From positions 10,632 to 74,631 of the forward strand of contig JBFESP010000002.1 in the NCBI GenBank assembly GCA_041548485.1: a stretch of DNA of 64,000 nt. Reading direction: 5' to 3'. The stretch is from Thermoplasmata archaeon. GTDB taxonomy: Archaea > Thermoplasmatota > Thermoplasmata > UBA10834. Position numbers and translations under genes: made by a program. The number at the start of each line of letters is the position of its first letter. Positions within the stretch are counted from its first letter, which is position 1. Positions 1 to 9,564 of the stretch are shown piece after piece. Below the pieces are notes generated by a model. That model was not told the origin of the DNA, searched no databases, and saw only the letters and a program-made list of their open reading frames with translations.

Positions 1-2
1 GG

Positions 3-254
3 TCGTTCCTGAAGGGGAAGCCACTCGTGATAGGCTGTCCGAAACTGGACGAACATGAAGCCTTCCAGGACAAGCTCTCACGCCTTTTCAGGGATGCCAC
101 GCCGAGATCCGTCACGGTGGTCATCATGGAGGTTCCGTGTTGTTCTGGACTCGTCCAGATGGTTCGGGAGGCAATCAAGAGATCCGGACGGGAGGTCCCC
201 CTGGAGTCACACGTGATAGGCATCGACGGAAAGAGGGCGACTACCCCGCCATGA
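3..254 (+). CDS. C-terminal part of an iron-sulfur cluster-binding (4Fe-4S ferredoxin-associated) protein, truncated by the window edge
   Basis: Frame is open from the window start (SFLKGKPLVIGCPKLD...MEVPCCSGL). The IGCPKLD and MEVPCC motifs are typical of this family's C-terminal domain. Confidence 0.75.
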   Translation, partial: SFLKGKPLVIGCPKLDEHEAFQDKLSRLFRDATPRSVTVVIMEVPCCSGLVQMVREAIKRSGREVPLESHVIGIDGKRATTPP

Positions 255-352
255 AGAACGGGGTATCCTCGGAGACGGTTCTGTGACGCGGAACTCTGGT
301 TCGGCTTCGCACCGCACACGATAAAACGGTGAAGACGCATCACCGGGGAGAC

Positions 353-892
353 ATGCCGGTTGAGATAAGCTTGACGAGCAGGGCGCGTACCGTCAGCCCT
401 CATCTCTTGGAGGAGGTCGAGAGGAGGATCAGGCAGCTTCGCCCGTACTTCCCAGAGATGAAGACGAAGATCACGATAGGCCTGACACGATCGTACGACG
501 GTATGGCCTTTCAGACGGATGAGGGACATGTCAGGCTGATGCTCGATATCAGGAAAGCCCGGAACGGGGACTACAAGGCGCCGACATACTGGACGCTGGC
601 ACACGAGCTGATGCACCTCGACCAGTTCAACAACGAGATGGTTCCGAGCGGCGAGAGGGCCTGTGACCTGCACACCCTCGCGCGGCTTCCTCCCAGATTC
701 ATCGACGACTCCCCCAGCTATCTCGTCATATCGAGGAGCATCCGAGACCGCTGGGACGAGGACCATGCTAAGCTGGCCCACAAACTCGCCATAGAGGCAC
801 TCACAAGGAGAAGGAGGGGATTGAGGAACTACATCTGCTGGTGGGAGGAGCGATTCGAGAATGCCGTGGAGTGGCATCGCAAGGGAACGTGA
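353..892 (+). CDS. Hypothetical protein with HExxH zinc-metallopeptidase motif
   Basis: TLAHELMHLDQ plus downstream GERACD. ATG at 353 is preceded by GGGGAG; alternative GTG at 329. Confidence 0.65.
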   Translation: MPVEISLTSRARTVSPHLLEEVERRIRQLRPYFPEMKTKITIGLTRSYDGMAFQTDEGHVRLMLDIRKARNGDYKAPTYWTLAHELMHLDQFNNEMVPSGERACDLHTLARLPPRFIDDSPSYLVISRSIRDRWDEDHAKLAHKLAIEALTRRRRGLRNYICWWEERFENAVEWHRKGT

Positions 893-1044
893 TGTGCCCT
901 CACTTGAAGGCAGCACACAACGCATGTTTCCTGGAAATAGGGCTCAGAGGGGTGTCTCGACTCAGTACGTCGACAAAACATAGTGAATGGAAGGGGTTTT
1001 CCTATAGGATTGCGTGGATCCAGGTTCCAGCGGCGTGTCACCCA

Positions 1045-1536
1045 CTACTCGAATTCCTTCCTGGATACTCCGACAAGGATCAGGCCGATCAACGCGAAGA
1101 GCGATCCCAGCATGAACGGTCCGATCACAAACAATCCCAGCACTCCGCCGACTATGGCAAGGCCCCAGGATTTGCGCAGCAGGCCGAGAACGCCCCCGAG
1201 CACTACCACCAAGCTGAGTATTATCACAATGATACCACAGACGTTCATTATGTCATCAATCACGTCTGTAACGCCCGCGACATCCATGCCGTAGGCGTCC
1301 AGGTCCTCGACATCGATTGCAAGCAAGATGCCGCCCAAAGCTAGACCCATTATCCCCGCTACCATTATCAAGGCTCCACCGATGACAGGGATAACAGTCT
1401 TCTTCTTCGGGGGGGCTGGACCTTCTGCTGGGGCTCTGAAATCATGTCCGCAATGCTGGCACACATTGGCATCCATAGCGATGGATCTGCCACAAGACAC
1501 ACACATTCTGCTACCTTGTTCGTCAGTTGATGCCAT
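1045..1536 (-). CDS. Zinc-ribbon membrane protein (N-terminal CxxC...CxxC, about 4 TM helices)
   Basis: CVSCG...CQHCG followed by hydrophobic segments. GGAGG RBS before the ATG at 1536. Confidence 0.75.
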   Translation of the reverse strand: MASTDEQGSRMCVSCGRSIAMDANVCQHCGHDFRAPAEGPAPPKKKTVIPVIGGALIMVAGIMGLALGGILLAIDVEDLDAYGMDVAGVTDVIDDIMNVCGIIVIILSLVVVLGGVLGLLRKSWGLAIVGGVLGLFVIGPFMLGSLFALIGLILVGVSRKEFE

Positions 1537-1809
1537 CAACTGGCCTCCTAACCGAACCCCGTGCACTCAGGTCCACATCCCTAGGATTCAGCCACGTGTT
1601 AATCGACTCCGGGGTTTATATCTGTTTGGTTCAATCAAATAGGAACGACCACGGATGAGCTGGCTAGCCTAATCTGGAGGCGGTTACTGACTAGAATCGA
1701 CGCCTTTCCGAGGAGAGGAGTCACTGCGAATCGTCTCAGCGACGCAGGGCGTCCGGCAGACCATTCCCCGGTTGAAACGGAGGGTGATCTCACTAGCTGT
1801 GCGTGGGAG

Positions 1810-1884
1810 CGGGCGCGAAGGGATTCGAACCCTTGACCGCTTGCTTAGGAGGCAAGTGCCATATCCAGACTAGGCCACGCGCCC
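1810..1884 (-). tRNA. tRNA-Arg (CCU)
   Basis: Minus strand reads GGGCGCG...CTTGC-CT-CCT-AA-GCAAG...GGGTTCGAATCCC...CGCGCCC-G. Full cloverleaf, CCA not encoded. Confidence 0.95.
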
Positions 1885-1984
1885 TTGCGTGAGCTCCGGA
1901 CGTCGCGAGTCGGACAACGCCCTTCGCATGATACCGATGGGAATCGAGATAAGAGGTTTGGGCGGTCTCTGCCTAATGGCCGGG

Positions 1985-2872
1985 TCAGGTCTCTCTGTCC
2001 TCGTCGGACAGTTCCTCGGGGGCCTTCTCCGCTGTCTTCTCCACGGTCTCCGGCTCTGCCTCCGCCTCCTTGGTCGGCTCCTTGGCAGGCTCCTCCGATG
2101 GCTCTTCCTCGGCAGGGGTCGGTTCATCCTCCTTGGGCTTCGGCTTGGCGTACTCCTCCACGAAGGACACTGTCTCCGCGTCCAGCACATCCCTGAGGTC
2201 AGTCACGACCCTGTATTTGGTGAGCAACCACTTCTGGTCGTACTTGCACGCGTCAGGCAGCTTGATCTTATAGTTGTGTCCGTGGTGCTCTATCTCGAAC
2301 CCTTCCGCGGTCCCGTACGACATCCTCAGTAGCAGCTCAGCGATCTCCTTCGGCTTCGTCGGCTTCTTGGTGATCTTGTACTTGTACTTGAGAGTCCGGC
2401 CAGCGAGCCTGTTGTTGAAATCTATCCTGACACGTCCGGCGGTCATCGCGACGATGGTGGCCCGGCGGTTCCTTATCGTGACCTCCATGCCAACCTGGGG
2501 CTCGATGTCCTGCTTGAGGAACTCGCGCATCGGGTGTAGCTCCACCAGCTTGGGATCCCTTGGCCCAGCACCCTTCTCGGGGGGAATCGTGAGATCATAC
2601 TCCTTACCGACCTCAGCCTTGAGCATATGCTCGTCTAGTCCCGGGAACAGCCTCTCCCTGCCGACTATCAGAGGCTGGGGTCCGTACACCATCTTCTCGT
2701 CGAAGATCTCATTCTCCTTGGCGAGCGACTCGTCCGTCGTGTCGAAAAGCTCATCGGAACCATCGATCCAGCCGCTGAACTCGGCCAAGACAAGATTACC
2801 CGCCTCAATCTTCCCAATCCGCGCTTCATCCTTCTTCTCATGGTGCTTCTTAGCACCCTCGTTCTCGGTCAT
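1985..2872 (-). CDS. slyD: Long-type archaeal FKBP peptidyl-prolyl cis-trans isomerase (SlyD-like) with acidic tail
   Basis: LFDTT, LFPGLDE, IPPEKGAG.RDP and RVRIDFN.RLAGRTL motifs. Confidence 0.9.
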   Translation of the reverse strand: MTENEGAKKHHEKKDEARIGKIEAGNLVLAEFSGWIDGSDELFDTTDESLAKENEIFDEKMVYGPQPLIVGRERLFPGLDEHMLKAEVGKEYDLTIPPEKGAGPRDPKLVELHPMREFLKQDIEPQVGMEVTIRNRRATIVAMTAGRVRIDFNNRLAGRTLKYKYKITKKPTKPKEIAELLLRMSYGTAEGFEIEHHGHNYKIKLPDACKYDQKWLLTKYRVVTDLRDVLDAETVSFVEEYAKPKPKEDEPTPAEEEPSEEPAKEPTKEAEAEPETVEKTAEKAPEELSDEDRET

Positions 2873-3045
2873 CTGATATCACCGCTGGTGCGCGGTTTGT
2901 GCGATACATAGCCGCCATTTAAAGGTTGCTATAATCGGAGCGCACTGCCAGACGTGTCTCGGAGGAGACCGACGGCGCCGTCGAGCGGTCAGGGTCTGGT
3001 CAAAACCTATATGCCCCCTCCCTCATTACTCGGCCAGCCCCGGAC

Positions 3046-3118
3046 GCCACCGTAGCTCAGCAGGAAGAGCAGCTGACTTGTAATCAGCAGGCCGGGAGTT
3101 CAAATCTCCCCGGTGGCT
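3046..3118 (+). tRNA. tRNA-Thr (UGU)
   Basis: GCCACCG TAGCTCAG...GCTGA-CT-TGT-AA-TCAGC...GGGAGTTCAAATCTCCC CGGTGGC. TATA-like AAAACCTATATG upstream. Confidence 0.95.
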
Positions 3119-3269
3119 CATGATCGTTCTGACGGAGAAGACCAGGGGGGATGTCGTGGTTGGGGGTGGCAGCCTCCGAAGACCGGAGCCAGAGGCTGCC
3201 TTCATCGTGAGAAATCAGGCTGCCGCCTTGAGGCGGTGAAAGGGGTTTTCTGCAGGCCACGATCTCAAT

Positions 3270-3998
3270 TCAGAGGAGCAGGATCGGCTTGCCCGGCCTC
3301 AGGGGGTACTTCTTACACTTGTAGCAGTACCATTCGTTGTACTGGGCTATGAACTTCAGCTCGGATTTGCAGGTAGGACAGACCTTCTTCCCGGACGTAG
3401 CGCCGCTCTTGGGGGCGTAGGCCTTGCACGCGTCGCAGTAGTGCCGCTTGTACTTCTCGATGTACCGCAGTTTGCCGTTGCACTTCGTACATGAGTTCGT
3501 ATTCTTCGGCGCCCGAGGCTTGGCCTTCGCCTTGTGGAGAGGATACTTCTTGCACGCGTAGCAGTACCATTCGTTGTGCCTCTGGACGAACTTCATCTCG
3601 CCAGAGCAGTCAGGGCAGTTCTTGACCTCCGGCCCCTTCTTTGGCGCTTCGGCCGGCGCCTTGGCAGGTTCGGGTTCCTCGATGGCCACGGGGGCGTACT
3701 TCTTACAGCTGTAGCAGTAGTCCCTCTGATACTTCTCAATCCACTTCAGAGGTTGCCCGCAGTTTGCGCACATACGGACCTCGACCGACTCCTTCGGGAC
3801 CTCGGGCTTCGGCTCCTCCGGGACGCTCGGTTCCTCCTTGGGCTGAGCTTCCTCGACCTCGGGTTCCTCAGCGATCTCCTGTTCGGGTTCAATCTCCTCA
3901 TCGGCGATGTATGAATTGCACTCGTAGCAGTACCACTTCTCCATGTGCTCGAGGAAATTGGGTTCTTCACCACAATTCGGACACTTCGATGCTTCCAT
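3270..3998 (-). CDS. Protein built from five tandem zinc-ribbon repeats (CxxC-x14-CxxC) with Pro/Glu/Lys linkers
   Basis: Five copies of approximately CPxC..L.FI..Y..WYCYxCKKY. Confidence 0.85.
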   Translation of the reverse strand: MEASKCPNCGEEPNFLEHMEKWYCYECNSYIADEEIEPEQEIAEEPEVEEAQPKEEPSVPEEPKPEVPKESVEVRMCANCGQPLKWIEKYQRDYCYSCKKYAPVAIEEPEPAKAPAEAPKKGPEVKNCPDCSGEMKFVQRHNEWYCYACKKYPLHKAKAKPRAPKNTNSCTKCNGKLRYIEKYKRHYCDACKAYAPKSGATSGKKVCPTCKSELKFIAQYNEWYCYKCKKYPLRPGKPILLL

Positions 3999-4235
3999 CT
4001 TCGTCAGCTCCGGTCTTCGCAGGGTTCGCCGAACGGAGGGATTCCCTCCTGGAGCGCCTCCTGCTCTCCTGTGTGAATCTACGGAGCCCGAGCGTATATG
4101 AACATGTCATCCTAAGAATCAACCATGATAACGGATGCGTTAGGGCGGCCAGCATCCTAGTAGCCTACGTGTAGAGCATGCCAATGAAGGTGAAGGACCG
4201 ATATCGATCAGCGGAATCCCGAAGGAGGGACCGAA

Positions 4236-4724
4236 ATGCAGGTTATCGCCGGGCACGGGAAGCGATTGGCGCGCGACCGAGGAGCAGGGATCGAGGGGCT
4301 GCCGCTGCAGCTGCTGATAATGGTGGTGGTGGCGGGCCTAGGTCTGACAATCATCATGGGTTGGATGAGCTCGATATCGGCACCTAGGTCGATAGGAGAC
4401 ATATTCGTTACGCCAGGAGAGATCATGGTCCGCGACCTGGACGGGGACGGAATCTACATCCGTGAAGGGCTGACCCTTGCTGTGACTGTGACCGACCAGG
4501 ACGGCGACAGGATCGAAGGGGCGACCGTCATACTAGAGGGGGGCAGTATTAGGACGGAAGACGGGAGCCCCGTCAGTGGGGTCACGGACTCGAGGGGGCA
4601 GGTCGTGTTCACAGACCTTGTTGTGGAACACTTCGGGCGGACCCTCTCGACAGTGACGGTCACAGTGGCGAAGGGCGACTACGGCATCGACTCGAGCTTC
4701 GAGATACCGGTGATCCCGAGCTGA
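4236..4724 (+). CDS. Archaeal type IV pilin-like protein (class III signal-like N-terminus, Ig/carboxypeptidase-regulatory-like C-domain)
   Basis: Basic N-terminus, then RGAG-IEGLPLQLLIMVVVAGLGL hydrophobic helix, then a beta-rich VTVTDQDG..IEGATV domain. Confidence 0.6.
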   Translation: MQVIAGHGKRLARDRGAGIEGLPLQLLIMVVVAGLGLTIIMGWMSSISAPRSIGDIFVTPGEIMVRDLDGDGIYIREGLTLAVTVTDQDGDRIEGATVILEGGSIRTEDGSPVSGVTDSRGQVVFTDLVVEHFGRTLSTVTVTVAKGDYGIDSSFEIPVIPS

Positions 4725-4730
4725 TGACAG

Positions 4731-5216
4731 ATGGCTATAGCTGCTGACATGACTGCTCTCGAGGCGCTGCCGCTCAGGCTGTTGATCGTCGCTGTCGTCG
4801 CGGGCCTCTCGGTCGTCCCCGCAGCCGGCGCGTTGCAGACCCTTCAGGACAGGAGTTTCCTTGACAGGTGCGCAATCCAGCTGGAGAGCATCGTCAATAC
4901 CGCCCAGGTGGTGTCCCTTGAGGGCTTCGGCTCTAAGAGAACTATCGACCTCGACTTCCGTTCAGACGGTTCGCTCGGGATGAACCGGCTCGGGATCGGA
5001 GGATGCTGGGCGGACCCGACGTCGTCGAGCGTTGTCCTGGAGCTGTCCTCCGGTCGCAAGCTCATCCGCTCGGCGGATGAGCCGTTCGTATGGTTGGCGA
5101 CAGGGTCCCATGAATGCCTTGAGACTTCGTCGCCCCTCTTCACCCTCTCGTTGGCAGCGTCACAGCTTGATGGAAGCCCGCTGGTGATTTGCGAGGTGGT
5201 TCCGTGGACTTCGTGA
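4731..5216 (+). CDS. Pilin-like protein
   Basis: ALEALPLRLLIVAVVAGL resembles the N-terminus of the upstream gene. Tight operon spacing. Confidence 0.55.
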   Translation: MAIAADMTALEALPLRLLIVAVVAGLSVVPAAGALQTLQDRSFLDRCAIQLESIVNTAQVVSLEGFGSKRTIDLDFRSDGSLGMNRLGIGGCWADPTSSSVVLELSSGRKLIRSADEPFVWLATGSHECLETSSPLFTLSLAASQLDGSPLVICEVVPWTS

Positions 5217-5677
5217 TGTCGAAGGTCGGGCTGTCGGTCTGCGCGCTGATCACCGCCTCCGTGCTCGGAGCGGTTGTATCGGATTCAGGAGTGGACGAGA
5301 GGAGGCAAGAGCTACGCGTCGTCCTGCAGAGGATGTGCGACCTCATCTCCTCAGCCGCCCTGGCGGGCGGAGACTCAGTCAGGGTGTTCTGCGTACCGGC
5401 ACTGTCGACCGGGGAGCCGATACGGACAACGGTGACCGTCGACGGAGCGATCGTGTCGTCGGGTACGGCCTCGGAGATAGGCCACCCGTGCACGCGGGTA
5501 CACCTCTGGCATTGGGACGGACGCGACCTGAACGACAGCGTCATAGCGGACCTGGACCGATCGCACGTCGAGACGACCGTTCACACGGGGGAGACTCTCG
5601 AGATCTTCGCGATGTCCATGGTGGTGGGTGACATGCACCAGGTGCTCGTCTTCGTCCTGAGCGCGGGGCCGAGCTGA
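5204..5677 (+). CDS. Pilin-like or membrane-anchored hypothetical protein
   Basis: GTG at 5204 with GAGGTGG RBS, overlapping the previous stop. N-terminal hydrophobic helix followed by an amphipathic helix. Confidence 0.55.
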   Translation: MDFVMSKVGLSVCALITASVLGAVVSDSGVDERRQELRVVLQRMCDLISSAALAGGDSVRVFCVPALSTGEPIRTTVTVDGAIVSSGTASEIGHPCTRVHLWHWDGRDLNDSVIADLDRSHVETTVHTGETLEIFAMSMVVGDMHQVLVFVLSAGPS

Positions 5678-5682
5678 AGGCG

Positions 5683-6894
5683 CTAGAACTTCCGCGATAT
5701 ATCCTCCACGGCGTGCGCGAACTCGTCCACCTCTCCGGTCGTGTTGTATATGTACATGGACGCGCGGACGGCGCCATCGATCCGTCGCGATTCGAAGAGG
5801 GTGTGACAACAGTGCATTCCAGCGCGCACCATTATGTTCCTCGAATTGTCAAGTATCATCGCAACATCATGGGGAACCATCCCCTTGATGTTGAAGCTCA
5901 GGATGCCTCCTCTCAGGTTCGGATCTGCAGGCGCAAGTATTCGGATGCCGTCGATCCCCCTCAAGGCCTTCGTCATCCTGCGGTTCAGAGCCACCTCGTG
6001 CTCAGCGACCGCATCCAGGCCGATACGGTTCAGATACCGAATCGCCGCCCCCGCCCCGATTATCCCGCTGTAATTCTGCAGGCCCGCCTCGAACCGCTCC
6101 GGAGGGGGCAGGAGCTCGAAGGAGTTCAGAGTGGCGCCCGTCACTCCATGGCCGCCGTATGCGAGTGGAGTGAGATGACGAGATGATTCGTTCTTGGCGT
6201 ACATGATGCCCAAGCCGGACGGACCTAACATCTTATGAGCCGACACGACGAGATAGTCCACATCGAGGAGCCCCACGTCGATGTGCATGCTGGGGGCAGT
6301 CTGGGCCGCATCGAACAGTACCTTCGCCCCCCGCGAGTGGGCCATCTCCACGACCTCTCGCGCAGGCAGGGTGTACCCGGTGACGTTGGACGTAAGACAC
6401 ACCGCGACCAACCGGGTCCTGTCGCTCAACGCATCCTCGAAGGCCTCGAGGTCAAACGTGCCGTCAGATGAGGACCTCACGACTCTTCGGCGGATGCCGT
6501 ACATCTCCGCCGCGCGGAGCAGAGGTACATGGACGGAGTTATGCTCGTAATCCGTAGTCACAACCTCATCACCCCTCGTCAGCCCGGACCCGAAAACGAC
6601 CGTGTTCAACCCTTCCGTGGCGTTCTTGAGGAAGGCGATCTCCGCGGGGTCGGCGGCACCGAAGAAGTTGGCTGCCTCCGCCCTGACGTCGTCGCACTTC
6701 AACGACACCTCGGTCGCCAGCCTGTGGGAGCTCCTGCCAGCACATGCGGGTGTTGACTCGTAGTATTCTCTCACCGCGTCGATCACGCATCTCGGTCGCA
6801 TCGTCTGGCACGCGTTATCGAAGTATATCGGCGGCTCCGTGCCCCCTTCCCCCGACAAGAGGGGGAAGTCTCTCCTTACCTCAGAAGCGTCCAT
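5683..6894 (-). CDS. Cysteine desulfurase, SufS/group II (class V PLP aminotransferase)
   Basis: VRRDFP, IYFDNA, EHNS, DAAQ, SAHKMLGPSG (PLP lysine) and VRAGMHCC motifs. Confidence 0.9.
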   Translation of the reverse strand: MDASEVRRDFPLLSGEGGTEPPIYFDNACQTMRPRCVIDAVREYYESTPACAGRSSHRLATEVSLKCDDVRAEAANFFGAADPAEIAFLKNATEGLNTVVFGSGLTRGDEVVTTDYEHNSVHVPLLRAAEMYGIRRRVVRSSSDGTFDLEAFEDALSDRTRLVAVCLTSNVTGYTLPAREVVEMAHSRGAKVLFDAAQTAPSMHIDVGLLDVDYLVVSAHKMLGPSGLGIMYAKNESSRHLTPLAYGGHGVTGATLNSFELLPPPERFEAGLQNYSGIIGAGAAIRYLNRIGLDAVAEHEVALNRRMTKALRGIDGIRILAPADPNLRGGILSFNIKGMVPHDVAMILDNSRNIMVRAGMHCCHTLFESRRIDGAVRASMYIYNTTGEVDEFAHAVEDISRKF

Positions 6895-7008
6895 GGCCGG
6901 GACGGCGATGCTCGTCACAGTTATTTCTCACTTTTCGAGATTCGAGCGTCTTCTTCTGCAGGAAACACGAAGCCTTTAAAAACCGAGCAGACATCACCTT
7001 GAATTGCC

Positions 7009-8220
7009 ATGCCCGAAAGACCCAGCAGGAGGATATACTTCGACCATGGAGCCACGACGTGCGTTCTTCCAGAGGTCACGGAAGCGATGGCCCCGTACGC
7101 ATCCGAGAAGTACGGGAACGCCTCTAGCATTCACTCGTTCGGACGGGAGGCCAGGATGGCCGTGGATAACTCCAGGACACAGGTGGCGGCTCTCATCGGA
7201 GCGGATCCCTCTGAGGTGGTGTTCACATCCAGCGGTACGGAGTCGGACAACCTGGCGATCAAGGGGACGGCCCTGCACAAGAGCCGCGGGAAGGGCCATC
7301 TCATAACGACGGACATTGAGCACAGTGCGGTGCTCGAACCCTGCGCGTATCTGAAGAGCAAGGGGTTCGAGGTGACCAGGCTGCCAGTCTCGAAGGACGG
7401 ATTCGTGGACCTGAGAGACGTCGAGGCGGCGATCAGAGACGACACGATCCTCGTGAGCATCATGACGGCCAACAGCGAGATCGGCACGATCCAACCCGTG
7501 CGCGAGATCGGCAGGATTGCGCACGCCAAAGGTGCGCTGTTCCACACCGATGCCGTCCAGGCGGCGGGCAAGATGTCCATTGATGTGGACAGGGACAACA
7601 TCGACCTCCTTTCGCTATCGTCACACAAGTTCCACGGGCCCAAGGGCATCGGTGCCTTGTACGTCAGGAAGGGAACCAAGGTCGAGCCACTCCTCCACGG
7701 AGGGGGACATGAGAGGAAGTTGAGGTCCTCCACCGAGAACGTCCCGGGTATAGTGGGTTTCGGCAAGGCGGCTGAGGTCGCCCAGAGAGACATGTCTACG
7801 ACGACCGAGAAGATGCGGCAGATGCGCGACCGCATCATCAAGACCGTGCCCGAGACCATATCGAATGCGTACCTGAACGGACACCCGACGAACAGGCTCG
7901 TGAACAACGCGCATCTCAGGTTCGATTTCATCGAGGGGGAGGGGCTGGTCCTCCATCTGGACATGCTGGGTATAGCAGCGTCGACGGGCTCGGCCTGCTC
8001 CACGGGCTCCCTAGAACCCTCACCAGTCCTACTTGCGCTCGGGCTGACACACGAGCAGGCCCACGGGAGCCTCAGGATAACACTAGGCCGGGAAAACAAT
8101 GATGAGGAGGTAGGCTATTTCCTGGAGGTGCTGCCCGGTATAGTGTCCAAGCTGAGGGAGATATCCCCCCTCAGCAAGGGGCCAATGTGCAACCCCGGAG
8201 GTGAATGTCGTGTACAGTGA
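7009..8220 (+). CDS. iscS: Cysteine desulfurase IscS/NifS (group I)
   Basis: IYFDHGATT, GNASSIH, FTSSGTESDN, HTDAVQ, SSHKFHGPKG and STGSACS motifs. Confidence 0.95.
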   Translation: MPERPSRRIYFDHGATTCVLPEVTEAMAPYASEKYGNASSIHSFGREARMAVDNSRTQVAALIGADPSEVVFTSSGTESDNLAIKGTALHKSRGKGHLITTDIEHSAVLEPCAYLKSKGFEVTRLPVSKDGFVDLRDVEAAIRDDTILVSIMTANSEIGTIQPVREIGRIAHAKGALFHTDAVQAAGKMSIDVDRDNIDLLSLSSHKFHGPKGIGALYVRKGTKVEPLLHGGGHERKLRSSTENVPGIVGFGKAAEVAQRDMSTTTEKMRQMRDRIIKTVPETISNAYLNGHPTNRLVNNAHLRFDFIEGEGLVLHLDMLGIAASTGSACSTGSLEPSPVLLALGLTHEQAHGSLRITLGRENNDEEVGYFLEVLPGIVSKLREISPLSKGPMCNPGGECRVQ

Positions 8221-8584
8221 CAAGGTGATGGAACACTTCGCCAACCCCAGGAACGTCGGGGAGATAGCCGACCCTGACGGGGTCGGCAAGGTAGGCAACC
8301 CCCATTGTGGGGATGTCATGTGGCTGTACATCAAGGTCAAGGACGACATAATCACCGACATCAAGTTCAAAACCTTCGGATGCGGCGCCGCGATAGCCAC
8401 CAGCTCGATGACAACTGAGCTGGCCAGGGGAAAGACCATCGAGGAGGCGAAGAAGATCTCCAGAAAGGACGTCGCCCATGCCTTGGACGGGCTGCCCCCT
8501 GTGAAGATGCACTGCTCGAACCTCGCAGCCGACGCACTTCACGAGGCCATCAAGGATTACGAGGCCAAGAAGGCTAAGAAGTGA
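8210..8584 (+). CDS. iscU: Fe-S cluster scaffold IscU/NifU
   Basis: YSDKVMEHF.NPRNVG, GNPHCGD, FGCGAAIA and KMHCSNLA motifs. GGAGGTGA RBS. Confidence 0.95.
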   Translation: MYSDKVMEHFANPRNVGEIADPDGVGKVGNPHCGDVMWLYIKVKDDIITDIKFKTFGCGAAIATSSMTTELARGKTIEEAKKISRKDVAHALDGLPPVKMHCSNLAADALHEAIKDYEAKKAKK

Positions 8585-8655
8585 TCCCCAGGAGATGCCG
8601 GGCGAGAGCCAAGAAAGATTATTGTAGGCGCCGGACCTATCCGACTCAGACACAA

Positions 8656-9564
8656 ATGAACGAGCTGGAAGTAGACATCGCGGGGATCCACATGCGCAAC
8701 CCGACGATGCTCGCCTCTGGGATTCTGAACGAGACAGGGCGGAGCATGGTCGACGTCACCAAGGCCGGCGCGGGAGCGGTCGTCACGAAATCAGTCGGGC
8801 TCGAGCCGAGGGAAGGCAACCCAAATCCGTGCGTCGTGGAGCTCGGGTGTGGACTCATCAACGCGATGGGACTGCCGAACCCTGGAATCGACGCGTACCT
8901 TGAAGAGGTGGCTGTCGCACAAGAGGGCGGAGTGCCGGTCATAGGCAGCGCGTTCGGCGGCTCGGAGGAGGATATCGCCGAAGTTGCCAGACGTTTCGCC
9001 TCCGCGGGAGTGGCTGCGGTGGAGTTGAACCTGAGCTGCCCCCATGCAGAGGGGCTCGGGGCAGAGATCGGCTCGACCCCCGACATGGTCGAGAAGATAT
9101 GCAGAGCGGTCAAGGCCAGCGTAAAGGTCCCAATATTCGCCAAACTGACGCCGAACACGTCGTCCATCGTCTCGCTAGCATCAGCTGCCGAAGAGGGTGG
9201 CGCGGACGGAATCGTCGCAATCAACACCCTCAAAGCGATGGCGATATGCCCTGAGCTCGGTCGACCGATACTGAGCAACAGGTTCGGAGGGCTTTCTGGG
9301 GGTGCGGTCAGAGCGGTCGGCGTCAGATGCGTGTACGAGATATTCGACGCCGTCGCGATCCCGATCGTCGGGGTGGGCGGTGTAGCGACCTCGAAGGATG
9401 CGCTCGAGTACATCATGGCAGGAGCGACGGCAGTTCAGATGGGCACGGCCGTCTGGTCAGAAGGGCCTGGAGTGTTCTCCGATGTGTGCGACGGCCTCGG
9501 GGATTTCATGAAGGCGAACGGCTACGGATCTGTGGATGAGATGAGGGGGATTGCCCATCGATAG
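8656..9564 (+). CDS. pyrD: Dihydroorotate dehydrogenase B, catalytic subunit
   Basis: NPTMLASG, INAMGLPNPG, ELNLSCPH, KLTPN and GGLSG motifs. Confidence 0.93.
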   Translation: MNELEVDIAGIHMRNPTMLASGILNETGRSMVDVTKAGAGAVVTKSVGLEPREGNPNPCVVELGCGLINAMGLPNPGIDAYLEEVAVAQEGGVPVIGSAFGGSEEDIAEVARRFASAGVAAVELNLSCPHAEGLGAEIGSTPDMVEKICRAVKASVKVPIFAKLTPNTSSIVSLASAAEEGGADGIVAINTLKAMAICPELGRPILSNRFGGLSGGAVRAVGVRCVYEIFDAVAIPIVGVGGVATSKDALEYIMAGATAVQMGTAVWSEGPGVFSDVCDGLGDFMKANGYGSVDEMRGIAHR

